From NCBI GenBank assembly GCA_034722055.1, contig JAYENL010000154.1, positions 24,444 to 80,841 on the forward strand: DNA of 56,398 bases, in the 5' to 3' direction. This DNA is from Armatimonadota bacterium (lineage in GTDB: Bacteria > Armatimonadota > Zipacnadia > Zipacnadales > UBA5352). Under the pieces are notes generated by a model. The model saw only the letters and a list, made by a program, of their open reading frames with translations, was not told where the DNA came from and searched no databases. The translations under genes and the position numbers were made by a program. Below, piece by piece: positions 47,253 to 56,398 of the stretch. Within the stretch, counting starts at the first letter, position 1; each line of letters starts with the position of its first letter.

Positions 47253-50200
47253 GTGCCGCCACGTCGCGAAGCTGCTGGCCGAACCGCACGTCCTCTGGGT
47301 GTCGCACTCGCGCTGGTCGCTCTCCTGCTATCGGGCCTCGCACCCTGTCCCGCTCAGCCGGAGGGCCTGGTGGCGCATTGGCCTCTCGATGAGTTCGAGG
47401 ATGGTGTAACCCCCGACACCTCCGGGCACGGCAATGACGCTCTGGTCCGCCAGGGAATGCGCGTGAAGGGCGTCACCGGCGCCGCCCTGCAGCTCGGCGA
47501 CGCGACCCACGCCCGCTGCACCCACTCCCCGGAGCTGACGCCCACTGAGGCGCTGACCATGGAGGCCTGGGTGCGCCTGGACGCCCCTGCCATGTCCGGC
47601 TACCCCACGGTCATCCGCAAGGAGGGCTGCTACGCCCTCCGCTTCAATGCCACCGCCGACCGCCGCCTCGGCGTGCTGCTGTGGGTGCAGGGTGAGCCGG
47701 TGCGGCTGACCTCGACATGGCGCGAGTGGGAGATTGGCCGCTGGTACCACCTCGTGGGCACCTGGGACGGCGCCGCCATGCGCCTGTTCATCGACGGCGC
47801 CGAGGATGCCGGCTCCCCGATGCAGCAGTCCGGGCCCATCGACACCACCATGGCCGACGTGATGCTGGGGCCCGGAGGCGGCCATGGCCGCTTCGAGGGC
47901 AGCATCGACGAGGTGCGCATCTACGACCGCGCGCTGACCGCGGAGGAGATCGCGGAGCGCCACCGATTCGGGCGCGAGAGCATCGCGCGACGGGCGGATG
48001 AGACCATAGAGCCGACACCGGTGGGCGAGCGCCGCCCCACGCTGCGTCCGCCCACGAGGGAGATCCGCATGGTCGAGGATGGCTTCATCTGGATCGAGAC
48101 GGAGGACTTCGATGACTACGGTGACTGGCGGTTCGACAACGAGTTCGTGCACCTCATGGGCTCGCCCTACCTCATCGCCGCCGGCATCGGCACGCCAGTC
48201 GAGGACGCCACCGTCACCGTGGAGGTGCCCGAGGCGGGGCGCTGGCGGCTGTGGGCTCGCGCCCGCGACTGGCTGCCGGAGTTCTCGCCCGGGACCTTTC
48301 AGGTGCTGATGGACGGCGAGGCGGTGGGGCCGGTCCTGGGGCAGGATCCGTCCGGCCAGTGGCGCTGGCAGTCGCTGGGCGAGGTCGAGCTGAGCGTCGG
48401 CGAGCACACTCTGTCGCTGCATGACCTCACGGGCTACTACGGCCGCTGCGATGCTCTGCTGCTGACCACGGACATGGGCTACACGCCGCCGGAGGAGCTC
48501 GATGCGCTGGAGGTCGAGCGTGCCCGCCTGACGGGCCGCTCGCTGGAGGCGGAGGTGGTCGGCGAGTTCGATGTCATCGTGGTCGGTGCGGGCGTCGCCG
48601 GCTCCTGCGCGGCTCTGGCCGCCGCGCGGCACGGCGCCAGGACCGCCCTCATCGACGACCGGCCCGTCCCCGGCGGGAACGCCAGCCGGGAGCTGGGCGT
48701 GCCCATCAGCGGCGCCTCCTGCTGCCACCCCTATGCCAGGGAGAGCGGGATCGTGGAGGAGTTGCTGGGCCTGCAGGCCAGGTGGGGCTACCCGCGGATG
48801 AGCGGCCCCATCCACCGCGCCGTTGACGCCGAGCCGAACCTGCAGCTCTTCCTGAACCAGCGCGTGGTCGATGTCGAGATGGCCGATGACGACACCATCG
48901 CCGCCGCGAAGGCGGTCCACACGGTCACCGGCGAGTACTCCCTCTACCGCGGCCGCATCTTCATCGACTGCACCGGTGACGGCTGGGTGGGCTTCTACGC
49001 CGGGGCGGAGTACCGCTTCGGCCGGGAGGCCCGCTCGGAGTTCGACGAGAGCCTGGCCCCGGAGATGCCCGACGAGGTCACCATGAGCGGCTGCATCATG
49101 GGCCAGTGCGTCGGCTACCGCGCGGAGGACGCCGGCGAGCCGGTGCAGTACACGCCGCCGCCCTGGGCGCCTCGGTTCGACTCCGCCGAGCGCTTCGGCC
49201 GCAGCCCCCGCAGCTTCGCCAGCGGCCAGTGGTGGCTGGAGCACCCGGGCACCATCGATGACATCGAGCACGCCGAGGAGGCCAGGGACGAGCTCATCCG
49301 CATCACCTTCGGCTACTGGGACTACATCAAGAACGTGTGGCCGGAGCGGGAGAGGGCCCGCAACTACCGCCTGGCCTTCGTGCCCATCCACGACGCCAAG
49401 CGCGAGTCCCGGCGGCTGGTCGGCGACTACATCCTCACCCAGAACGATGTCCAGAGCGCGCGGCTGTTCCCGGACCGCATCTCCTACGGCGGCTGGCCGC
49501 TGGACGTGCATCATCCCGAGGGCATCTACTCCGGCCCCGAGGGCCCCTTCGACTTCAACCCGCACGTGCCCATCTACTCCATTCCCTACCGCACCCTCTA
49601 CTCGCGCACCATCGACAATCTGCTGATGGCCGGCCGCGACGTCAGCGTCACCCACGCGGCGCTGGGCAGCGTGCGGGTGCAGGGCACGCTCGGGCCACTG
49701 GGCCAGGCGGCCGGGACCGGCGCGGCCATGTGCATCCAGCACGACACCACGCCGCGAGGCATCTACGAGCAGCACATTGCCACTCTGCAGCAGACGCTGC
49801 TGCGCGATGACATGTACATCCCGGAGATCCGCAACGAGGACCGCGATGACCTGGCCCGGCTCGCCGCCGTCACCGCCTCCAGCTCCATGACGGATCGGCG
49901 CTTCGGCAGGGCCCACGTGCAGCCCGGCGAGGGCCACGAGCTGTTCACCTCGCGGGCCATGATGCTGCCGCGGGGCCTCGGCGAGAGTGTGGGGGCGGTC
50001 GAGGCGCTGCTGCGCTCGGAGCGGGATGGGCCCGTGGAGCTGACCATGCACCTGCGCCAGGCGGGGGAGTTCGCCGACTTCTCGGCCACCGATGACCTGG
50101 CGACGGCCACGGCCTCGGTGCCGCCCAGACAGTCCTGGGTGCGTTTCGAGTTCGGCGTCAGCGTGGAGGAGCCCTACCTGTGGTTCTGGCTGCCGCAGAC

Positions 50201-50741
50201 CGAGGGCGTCTTCTGGCTGCTGATGGAGAGCGCCCCCATCGGCTCCTGCCGGGCCTACGGCGGCGGCGCAGACGACCAGTGGACCGTGCGCGAGGGCCAG
50301 TACTACGCGGCCTGCACCGATCCGCCCACGAGGGTCGCCGCCGACTACCGGCCCGAGCAGGTCCTCAGCGGCGTCACCCGCCAGGTGGGCGATGATCCGA
50401 ACCTGTGGGCCTCGGACCCCGACGAGCCGCTGCCGCAGTGGCTGGAGCTGGACTTCGACCGCCCGGTGGAGCTCGACATGGTTGAGCTGACCTTCGACAC
50501 CAACCTCAACCCGCGGCGGCGGCCGTCGCCCACGGCCCCCGAGTGCGTCCGCGACTACGAGCTGACCTGCCTGGTCGATGGTCAGTGGCGGACGCTCGCG
50601 GAGGTGGAGGGCAACTTCCAGCGAAAGCGCGTGCACCGCTTCGATCCGGTGACGACACGGACGCTGCGCCTGACGGTGCACGCCACCAACGGCGCACCGT
50701 CCGCCAGGGCCTTTGAGATCCGCGTGTACGGAAGCGACTGA
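47253..50741 (+). CDS. secreted multi-domain protein: LamG/ConA-like + FAD-dependent oxidoreductase (FAD_oxidored-type) + C-terminal F5/8 type C discoidin domain
   Basis: GTG start. LamG-like segment (LTMEAWVRLD...WYHLVGTWDGAAMRLFIDGA...DEVRIYDRALTAEEI). Dinucleotide fold (FDVIVVGAGVAGSCAALAAARHGARTALIDDRPVPGGN). Discoidin-like C-terminus (PQWLELDFDRPVELDMVELTFD...FEIRVYG). Confidence 0.75.
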   Translation: MPPRREAAGRTARPLGVALALVALLLSGLAPCPAQPEGLVAHWPLDEFEDGVTPDTSGHGNDALVRQGMRVKGVTGAALQLGDATHARCTHSPELTPTEALTMEAWVRLDAPAMSGYPTVIRKEGCYALRFNATADRRLGVLLWVQGEPVRLTSTWREWEIGRWYHLVGTWDGAAMRLFIDGAEDAGSPMQQSGPIDTTMADVMLGPGGGHGRFEGSIDEVRIYDRALTAEEIAERHRFGRESIARRADETIEPTPVGERRPTLRPPTREIRMVEDGFIWIETEDFDDYGDWRFDNEFVHLMGSPYLIAAGIGTPVEDATVTVEVPEAGRWRLWARARDWLPEFSPGTFQVLMDGEAVGPVLGQDPSGQWRWQSLGEVELSVGEHTLSLHDLTGYYGRCDALLLTTDMGYTPPEELDALEVERARLTGRSLEAEVVGEFDVIVVGAGVAGSCAALAAARHGARTALIDDRPVPGGNASRELGVPISGASCCHPYARESGIVEELLGLQARWGYPRMSGPIHRAVDAEPNLQLFLNQRVVDVEMADDDTIAAAKAVHTVTGEYSLYRGRIFIDCTGDGWVGFYAGAEYRFGREARSEFDESLAPEMPDEVTMSGCIMGQCVGYRAEDAGEPVQYTPPPWAPRFDSAERFGRSPRSFASGQWWLEHPGTIDDIEHAEEARDELIRITFGYWDYIKNVWPERERARNYRLAFVPIHDAKRESRRLVGDYILTQNDVQSARLFPDRISYGGWPLDVHHPEGIYSGPEGPFDFNPHVPIYSIPYRTLYSRTIDNLLMAGRDVSVTHAALGSVRVQGTLGPLGQAAGTGAAMCIQHDTTPRGIYEQHIATLQQTLLRDDMYIPEIRNEDRDDLARLAAVTASSSMTDRRFGRAHVQPGEGHELFTSRAMMLPRGLGESVGAVEALLRSERDGPVELTMHLRQAGEFADFSATDDLATATASVPPRQSWVRFEFGVSVEEPYLWFWLPQTEGVFWLLMESAPIGSCRAYGGGADDQWTVREGQYYAACTDPPTRVAADYRPEQVLSGVTRQVGDDPNLWASDPDEPLPQWLELDFDRPVELDMVELTFDTNLNPRRRPSPTAPECVRDYELTCLVDGQWRTLAEVEGNFQRKRVHRFDPVTTRTLRLTVHATNGAPSARAFEIRVYGSD

Positions 50742-50761
50742 GCCAGACACGGAGGGACGCC

Positions 50762-52027
50762 ATGGACAGCGCTACATCGACCGCATGGGCCGACGCACGC
50801 AATCAGCTCGTCGAGGAGATCGACCGCTGGATCGCGGGGGCGATCAGGCGACAGAGGGACCTGCCGTTCGCGGGCGGCCACGACGAGTGCAACTACACCG
50901 CCTCCTGGCCGCGGTTCTCGCTCATCACCGGCGACCCGGAGCCGATGCAGTTCTGTAAGAGGCTGCGGAACCAGCTCCTCGACTGGCCGGAGTTCTACCA
51001 CGGCTTCTACCCCGACGCCAACTGGGACATCGAGCACTCGGTCGAGAACTGGACGATCTTCATGCGGGCGCTGGCGGAGGCCGATCCCGGCGACGAGGTG
51101 ACCCTCGACGGCATCGAGGACGTGGTGCACCACCTCGGCAACTGGGCGGACGGCGTCCCCGACTGGTTCGACTGGGAGAGGCGCCGCTTCGTCAGCGAGC
51201 ACGTGGGCACGCGACAGGTTCGCGATGAGCCGCCCTGGGACTTCTCCACCTACTGGGACGCCAGGGCCTCGGAGCTGGCGTTGGCCTATCACGATCTGCG
51301 CGGTGAGGAGCGCTACCTGCAGTTCGCCGTGGCCTTCGCCGGCGGCTGGGCGGATCACATCCTGGCTCAGGAGGACCTGGGCTACTGGCTGATGCTGGAC
51401 GCCGACCTCGATGACCGGGAGGGCTTCCGGGAGGCCTACGGGGAGTACCCGGAGGACTTCCACGCCCGCAACATCGGCTGGGTGCACGAGATCATGCGCC
51501 ACATGCTGCACGTCTACTCCCGGGTGGGCGGTGAGGAGCTGCAGGAGGCGTCGCTGAAGATCATCGAGCTGGGGCCGGCGGCCATCGAGAGCTTCAGGGG
51601 CTCGCGGCCTGACGCCTCGGGCTGGAAGCGCATCTACCAGGAGCGCACCGGCGACCTGCGCTTCGCCGACGAGGTGGCGGCCGCCGACGACGGCCTGGTC
51701 GAGGCCGCGCGGGAGGCCGCGCAGCAGCCGCTTCCCGAGGTGCTGCTGCTGGAGGGCACGGGGCCGTATCCGAGGCGCGCCTACGCCTGGCGGGATGAGG
51801 ATGGAGCGCTGCACGACCTGAAGGGTCCGCAGCCTGCGGAGATGATGCGGGCCTGCGAGCTCAGCGGTGACGAGGCGCTGGGGGTGCGAGCCATGGAGCT
51901 GGCGGCCCGGCAGCTCAAGCTGGCCACCAGCACGCTACGCGACGGCCGCGAGCACGGCTGCAACGCGCGCTTCATCCATGGGGCCGGCAACGGGGCGGTG
52001 AAGGTGCTGGAGATGGTGATGGCGTAG
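50762..52027 (+). CDS. hypothetical protein (Trp/Asp-rich; possibly an alpha/alpha-barrel glycosidase-like fold), likely co-transcribed with 47253..50741
   Basis: GGAGGG Shine-Dalgarno 20 bp after the upstream stop. No signal peptide. No family recognised. Confidence 0.5.
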   Translation: MDSATSTAWADARNQLVEEIDRWIAGAIRRQRDLPFAGGHDECNYTASWPRFSLITGDPEPMQFCKRLRNQLLDWPEFYHGFYPDANWDIEHSVENWTIFMRALAEADPGDEVTLDGIEDVVHHLGNWADGVPDWFDWERRRFVSEHVGTRQVRDEPPWDFSTYWDARASELALAYHDLRGEERYLQFAVAFAGGWADHILAQEDLGYWLMLDADLDDREGFREAYGEYPEDFHARNIGWVHEIMRHMLHVYSRVGGEELQEASLKIIELGPAAIESFRGSRPDASGWKRIYQERTGDLRFADEVAAADDGLVEAAREAAQQPLPEVLLLEGTGPYPRRAYAWRDEDGALHDLKGPQPAEMMRACELSGDEALGVRAMELAARQLKLATSTLRDGREHGCNARFIHGAGNGAVKVLEMVMA

Positions 52028-52058
52028 ACTGCGCCATCAGCGGTCGAGCCGCTGGCGG

Positions 52059-53886
52059 CTACGCCTCCCGCTCCCGCCGACGGCGTCGGAGCCGCCAGAC
52101 GATTCCCCCCAGTCCCAGGATCACCAGCGTGGTGGTGGCGGGCTCGGGCACGTACTCATCGGAGTAGCCGATCGCCGCGAAGCCATCGAGCATCCCGTAG
52201 CCGAAGTAGGGATCGTAGCCGGAATCGCCCAGGTCCTGGGCGGTCTCCTGGAGGATGGCGCGCAGGTCATCGTTGGTGAGGAAGGGATAGCGCGACTTGA
52301 GCAGCCCGGCGAAGCCCGACACGATCGGTGCGGAGAAGGATGTGCCCATGGCGTCCACGCTGTAGAGGTTCTCACCCAGCGGGAGGAAGTCTGGCCCCCA
52401 GAGCGGGCCGGCGAGCTGGTCGGTCCACCAGTCATTGGCGCTGAAGACGGAGCAGGTCCACATCCCCAGCGTATTGACGCTCTCGCCGGGGGCCATCACA
52501 TCCAGGTACTCACCCAGCAGCGGGTCGGCGTAGCTGGAGAAGTCGGACTTGGTGTGATCCTCGTTCGTGGAGCCGACCGAGATGGTCTCGGGCAGGTTGG
52601 CCGGGAAGTCAAGCCCACCGGCGTGGCTCTCCTCGTCACCGAAGTACTCGTGGTCGTCGTAGTCGGGGATGAACATGTGGTTATCGGAGTTGCCGGCCGA
52701 TGCCACGATCATCACGCCCTGGGCGTGGGCCCACTCGATGGCCTCCCTGACCAGCGCGCCCTCACCCCCCTCCTCGAACTCGGCCGGATCGATCATGTAC
52801 ATCGGACCGAAGCCCCAACTGAAGTTGAGGACGTCGGCGCCGTTGTTCACCGCGTGGTAGATGGCGTCGGCGGCGTCGATGCCGAAGCCCCAGCCCTCGG
52901 CATTGATCACACGCAGGGGCATGAGGCTGGGCTCCCAGGCCATGCCGGCCATGCCCTTGCTGTTGTTCGTGACGGCGCCGGCCATGCTGGCAGCGATGGT
53001 CCCATGCGCCACCCCGGCGTCCACGGAGTTGTAGGGATACGGGTAGTCGATGCCCGGGTCATTATCCACCGTATCACCGATGGCGGGGTCGTAGTTGGCA
53101 GCCCACCACGCGGCTCGCTCGCTGTCCTCGCTGAACTCGTCGAAGTCGGGGTATCCGTGGTCCTCCGGCTGACCCCAGGCAGGATCCCAGACGGTGGGGT
53201 TGGCGTCCTCGCTGGTGGGGTTGTCCTCAGACTCCGCGGGCGGGGCCTCCGTCCACCAGCCCACGTTGTCGCCCACGAAGTCATAGCCCGTCACGATCTT
53301 GGCGGCCAGGTCCTCGTGGTAGACGCTGATGCCGCTGTCGATGATGGCGATGACCGTGTCGGCGGAGCCCTTCTCCAGATCCCACGCCTGCGGGGCGTTG
53401 ACCTCGAACAGATAGAACTGGTTGTCCATCAGATCGGGGTCCATGTCCGGGTCGCCGAAGTCCTTGAAGAAAGGGTCATTGGGGGTGGCATGCGCGTGCA
53501 TGATCAGGTGCGGCCGCACGCGCTCCACGTCGGGCAAGGCGCTCAGGACCGTGATCGGCTCCGCAGCCTGCGGGGCCTGGTACGTCGTCGAAGGCAGATG
53601 CACCGAGGCGTAGTCCTCGAACCGGCGGTAGAACTCGGGCCTGACCCCGAACTGCCGCTCCACCTCCGAGGCGAACTTCTCCCGGTCGGCGCCGGGCTGG
53701 AGGCGGACCAGAAGGTGATTCTCGGCGTAGCTCGACTTCGGCTGAGCGGGACGAATCGGCCTGGCCCGCAGCATCCCCGGTGTGGTGATGAGGTCCGCCC
53801 CGGCATGGGAAAGCGCGCACAGCAACAGGAGCATGACAAGCGCGGACACGATGCCGACCCGAGCGCGCTGCCCAAGGCAGCCCAAC
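52059..53886 (-). CDS. S8 (subtilisin-family) serine peptidase with C-terminal PEP-CTERM sorting signal
   Basis: Catalytic triad contexts AIIDSGISVYHEDL (Asp), HGTIAASMAGA (His), GTSFSAPIVSGFAGLL (Ser). C-terminus VPEPATTTLVILGLGGIVWRLRRRRRE = PEP motif + TM + Arg cluster. Start (TTG ~53886, or GTG/ATG ~53850/53836) is uncertain. Confidence 0.8.
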
Positions 53887-54303
53887 GTCGGTGCCGCCGT
53901 GCAATCGCGCGCTTGCTTTGTGGGGGGGAGAACCGACCGTCGCACCCTCGCCAGCCAGGCGCCGGGGGTTATCGATGGATGATTGCAGACTCCGCTGGCG
54001 CCGTCGGGCGTGCGCCACCTGCCTGCCACGGGGGCATCACCTCTCTGCACACACACCCTGTCACCGCATCTCAGCTATGCGGCGACGTTCCCCGCGGTTG
54101 GAATCTTCTTATACCCTTTTTTCGCGTCGCAGTATGCACCGCACAGCGATCGTGAGCAAATCGTGAGGAAACTGGCCGGGAACCTCCGCATCCCATTGTC
54201 ACTGCCGGCGGGAAACTCAGGCGACAGAGAAACGGCCAGTCGCGGCCACCCTGGGGTGGAAGGTCGAGCCGACGCCGCAGGTAAGCTGACACACCTCGGG
54301 GCG

Positions 54304-55413
54304 CTACGGCGTGCCTGGGCCGGTCTCCTCCGGCCCCGCGGCACTGCGCGCCACGGGGGTACGCCGGAGCTCAGCGAGCTCCACGCCCTCGGGGATCTCC
54401 ACCACCTCGGAGCGGTCGTCCTCCGGCAGCCCCAGTGTCTCGTTGGCGATGGCCACGCTGGCGAGTGCGTCCTCCAGCCGCTGCCTGATCTCCGCCTCGT
54501 GCTCGGACACATGGGCCTTCAGCGCGGGGTCGTCGATCGCCAGCAGGCCCTCCGTGAAGCACGCCATGATGCGCCAGGAGTTGCGCTCATTCGGCAGCGG
54601 CAGCAGCAGCCGCGGATCCTCGCTGACCTCTTGGCGGTGGAACCACTCCATGTGCGCCGCCTCGTGCACCGCCACCGCCGCCATCTCCCACGCTGCCTTG
54701 CGCTGGAAGTCGATGTACTTGGCCGGAAGCAGGATCAGCGTCCGGGTTACCGGCTCGGAGGACCCGCACACATTGAGCGGGCAGACCGGAGACCAGTCCG
54801 GGAGGTCCACCGTGAGGTAGATGCTGCGAGCAGTGTCCCGGACGAAGTCGGCAAAGGTGCGCGTGCCATCGGGCTCCACCGTTACGGCCTCGAGCAGCTC
54901 CCAGAACCGCGCTGGAACATCGGTGGGCGGCTCCGGAAGCTGCTGAAGGCTGGGATCGGTGGCGATGGTCGGGGGCCCGGAGCCGTCCTGCCCGGTGAGG
55001 TCGGCCTCCTCGAGGATCGCCGCCGGTGAGAGCATCGTGGCGTGGGCCAGGCCCGCCAGGTCCCACATGATGCGCAGCGGCTCCGGATCCTCTGTGGGTC
55101 CCGCCTCCAGCACCGCGGCGGCCTGAGCATACAGCTTCAGCAGTTCGGCTCGCGCCGCTTCGAACTGCTCCCCCTCGGCCTCTCTGTCTCGCCAGGCCTC
55201 CAGGTACTGCTTCACGGTCTCCCGCCGCTGCTCATGCGCGCACAGCGTCGGGTAGTCATCGGAGGTGGGGCCGGGCTCGGCCGTGGCCGGCGGTGGCGGC
55301 GGTTCGCCCGCGCCGGGCTCCATGGGGGTCGGACACCCGGCCACCATGGCGGCCACCAAGAGCATGGGCCCGGCCAGCAGCGGCCGGGCCCATTTCGAGG
55401 CGATGCGTGTCAT
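54304..55413 (-). CDS. lipoprotein with HExxH motif (putative Zn metallopeptidase-like), unknown family
   Basis: Signal + lipobox (LLVAAMVAGC), Pro-rich linker, VAVHEAAHMEWFH. Confidence 0.55.
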   Translation of the reverse strand: MTRIASKWARPLLAGPMLLVAAMVAGCPTPMEPGAGEPPPPPATAEPGPTSDDYPTLCAHEQRRETVKQYLEAWRDREAEGEQFEAARAELLKLYAQAAAVLEAGPTEDPEPLRIMWDLAGLAHATMLSPAAILEEADLTGQDGSGPPTIATDPSLQQLPEPPTDVPARFWELLEAVTVEPDGTRTFADFVRDTARSIYLTVDLPDWSPVCPLNVCGSSEPVTRTLILLPAKYIDFQRKAAWEMAAVAVHEAAHMEWFHRQEVSEDPRLLLPLPNERNSWRIMACFTEGLLAIDDPALKAHVSEHEAEIRQRLEDALASVAIANETLGLPEDDRSEVVEIPEGVELAELRRTPVARSAAGPEETGPGTP

Positions 55414-55504
55414 GTCGCGCACGGTACATCGGTGCCCGGCGCCATCCTGCGCTGGCGGCGCCGCGCCGCCCGTCAGCTTCGCCATGATGGCTCGTCTTCT
55501 CAGA

Positions 55505-56095
55505 CTACTTCAGGTCCCAGTAGTAGTTGGTCTTCCAGATGGACGCGCTCTCCTTCCACCACTTCGCGTGCCCATCGCAGAAGGCGAAGTTGGCGCCCTC
55601 GTTGTGCCGGTAGTCGATGTTGTCGTCGCCGGGCGAATGACTGCACAGGGGGGAGGTATCGGACACGCCACAACACCTCGGTGCCCGAATGTAGCCCCGG
55701 GTGGCATCGGCGTAGAGGATGGTCTCGGCGGGCGACTTGACGTCAGCTATGAGTCTGGGACTGCGGCCCGCCACGTACGCCAAGTTGTTCCCGTACGCGT
55801 TGTCCCGTCGCCCCGGCTCCGCGTAGTCACTGTCGCTGGGACACTGGAATATCTGGATATTCTTGGTGTACGGGTAGAGCTTCGCCGCGTAGCAGGTCTC
55901 ACCGCGTCCGGTGAAGTCCCATGGTTCATTCCATGCACACCCGTGGCCCGGGAACCTCTCGTCGTAGTCCTGGAGGTACATCATGGCAGCCGTGCCGATC
56001 TGCTTGAGGTTGCTCAAGCAGCTCGCCTGCCGGGCCTTCTCCCGGGCCCGCGCGAACACCGGGAATAGGATGGCAGCCAGGATCGCGATGATCTG
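55505..56095 (-). pseudogene. DUF1559 (H-X9-DG) prepilin-like pseudopilin-family gene, 5'-truncated: lacks the Met and the N-terminal half of the prepilin methylation/TM helix
   Basis: C-terminal YRHNEGANFAFCDGHAKW (H-X9-DG). In-frame upstream sequence reads ...QIIAILAAILFPVFARARE (the second half of the conserved pilin N-terminus). It then hits a TAA 22 codons upstream with no start codon, at the boundary with the IS-like sequence. Confidence 0.55.
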
Positions 56096-56096
56096 A

Positions 56097-56398
56097 CTGC
56101 TGAAAAAGTGGGGTTGACCGCGGCAGGATTAGAGGTTTTCGAAGCGGAGGTGCAGAACAGGTATGTAGAGAGTTAGGGTATGTTGTTGGACAAAGGTGAT
56201 TCACGATGCAGCACCGACCGCAGCCGGAGCAGAACTCCATCTACGACGACTACTTCGTGCGCCAGATAGTCCCCCAGGACCATGAGCTTTTGGAGATCGA
56301 CCGGGAGGTCGATTTCTCGTTTGTACGGGAGGAGGTCGCGGACTGTTACAGCCACGACACGGGCCGGGAGGCCATCGATCCCGAGCTTCTGCTGCGGC
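56097..56398 (+). mobile_element. left end of an IS5/IS1182-family-like insertion sequence (runs off the window edge)
   Basis: Begins where DUF1559 homology breaks. Contains the start of a transposase ORF (see next feature). Confidence 0.5.
56206..56398 (+). CDS. IS5/IS1182-family transposase, N-terminal fragment (InsH-N/DUF772-like), truncated by the window end
   Basis: MQHRPQPEQNSIYDDYFVRQIVPQDHELLEIDREVDFSFVREEVADCYSHDTGREAIDPELLLR matches the conserved N-terminus of IS5/IS1182 transposases (...L..ID..VDFSF.R.E....Y...GRPAIDPE.LLR). Confidence 0.7.
   Translation, partial: MQHRPQPEQNSIYDDYFVRQIVPQDHELLEIDREVDFSFVREEVADCYSHDTGREAIDPELLLR

Noticed and set aside
47328-50750. 1140-aa ORF antisense to the LamG-FAD-discoidin gene
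   Set aside because: Antisense shadow with no motifs. The sense strand has Rossmann and discoidin signatures.

Overview
This 56.4 kb window is high-GC (roughly two-thirds G+C by eye) and densely coding, and looks like a Planctomycetota-type chromosome. The hallmarks are a DUF1559 (H-X9-DG) prepilin-like gene, a formylglycine-type sulfatase, giant secreted multi-domain glycan-active proteins (LamG, discoidin and GH2-like domains) and a PEP-CTERM subtilase. Recognisable core genes are rel/spoT, transketolase, two DegT-family aminotransferases, an IorAB + two PaaK + ACT arylpyruvate operon, an M28 peptidase, an HtpX-like M48 peptidase and a Gfo/Idh/MocA oxidoreductase. Several features are not ordinary housekeeping. 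(1) A PspA-like / NfeD-like / flotillin module in which the NfeD-like protein carries about 23 tandem DHDVDM hexapeptide repeats, seen in the DNA as a perfect 18-bp tandem repeat. (2) A lower-GC convergent Type II R-M-like pair (candidate PD-(D/E)xK nuclease plus a beta-class SPPY amino-methyltransferase), immediately preceded by a 205-bp tandem direct repeat built from hairpin modules. (3) A family of structured intergenic repeats with compensatory stem changes (5 core copies, clustered at 10.2-10.9 kb and 33.2-33.6 kb), plus a separate REP-like hairpin GGAGGGGCCGGACCACYGTCCGGCCCGCC present 4 times. (4) Two paralogous ~650-aa polytopic membrane proteins of unknown family. (5) A sulfatase whose stop overlaps the start of a TRD-less gamma-class N6-adenine methyltransferase-like gene, followed by a CheY-like receiver. 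(6) An IS5/IS1182-like transposase 5' end interrupting the DUF1559 gene at the right edge of the window. No tRNA, rRNA or CRISPR array was found. Many long antisense ORFs in the track are GC-driven shadows and were rejected.
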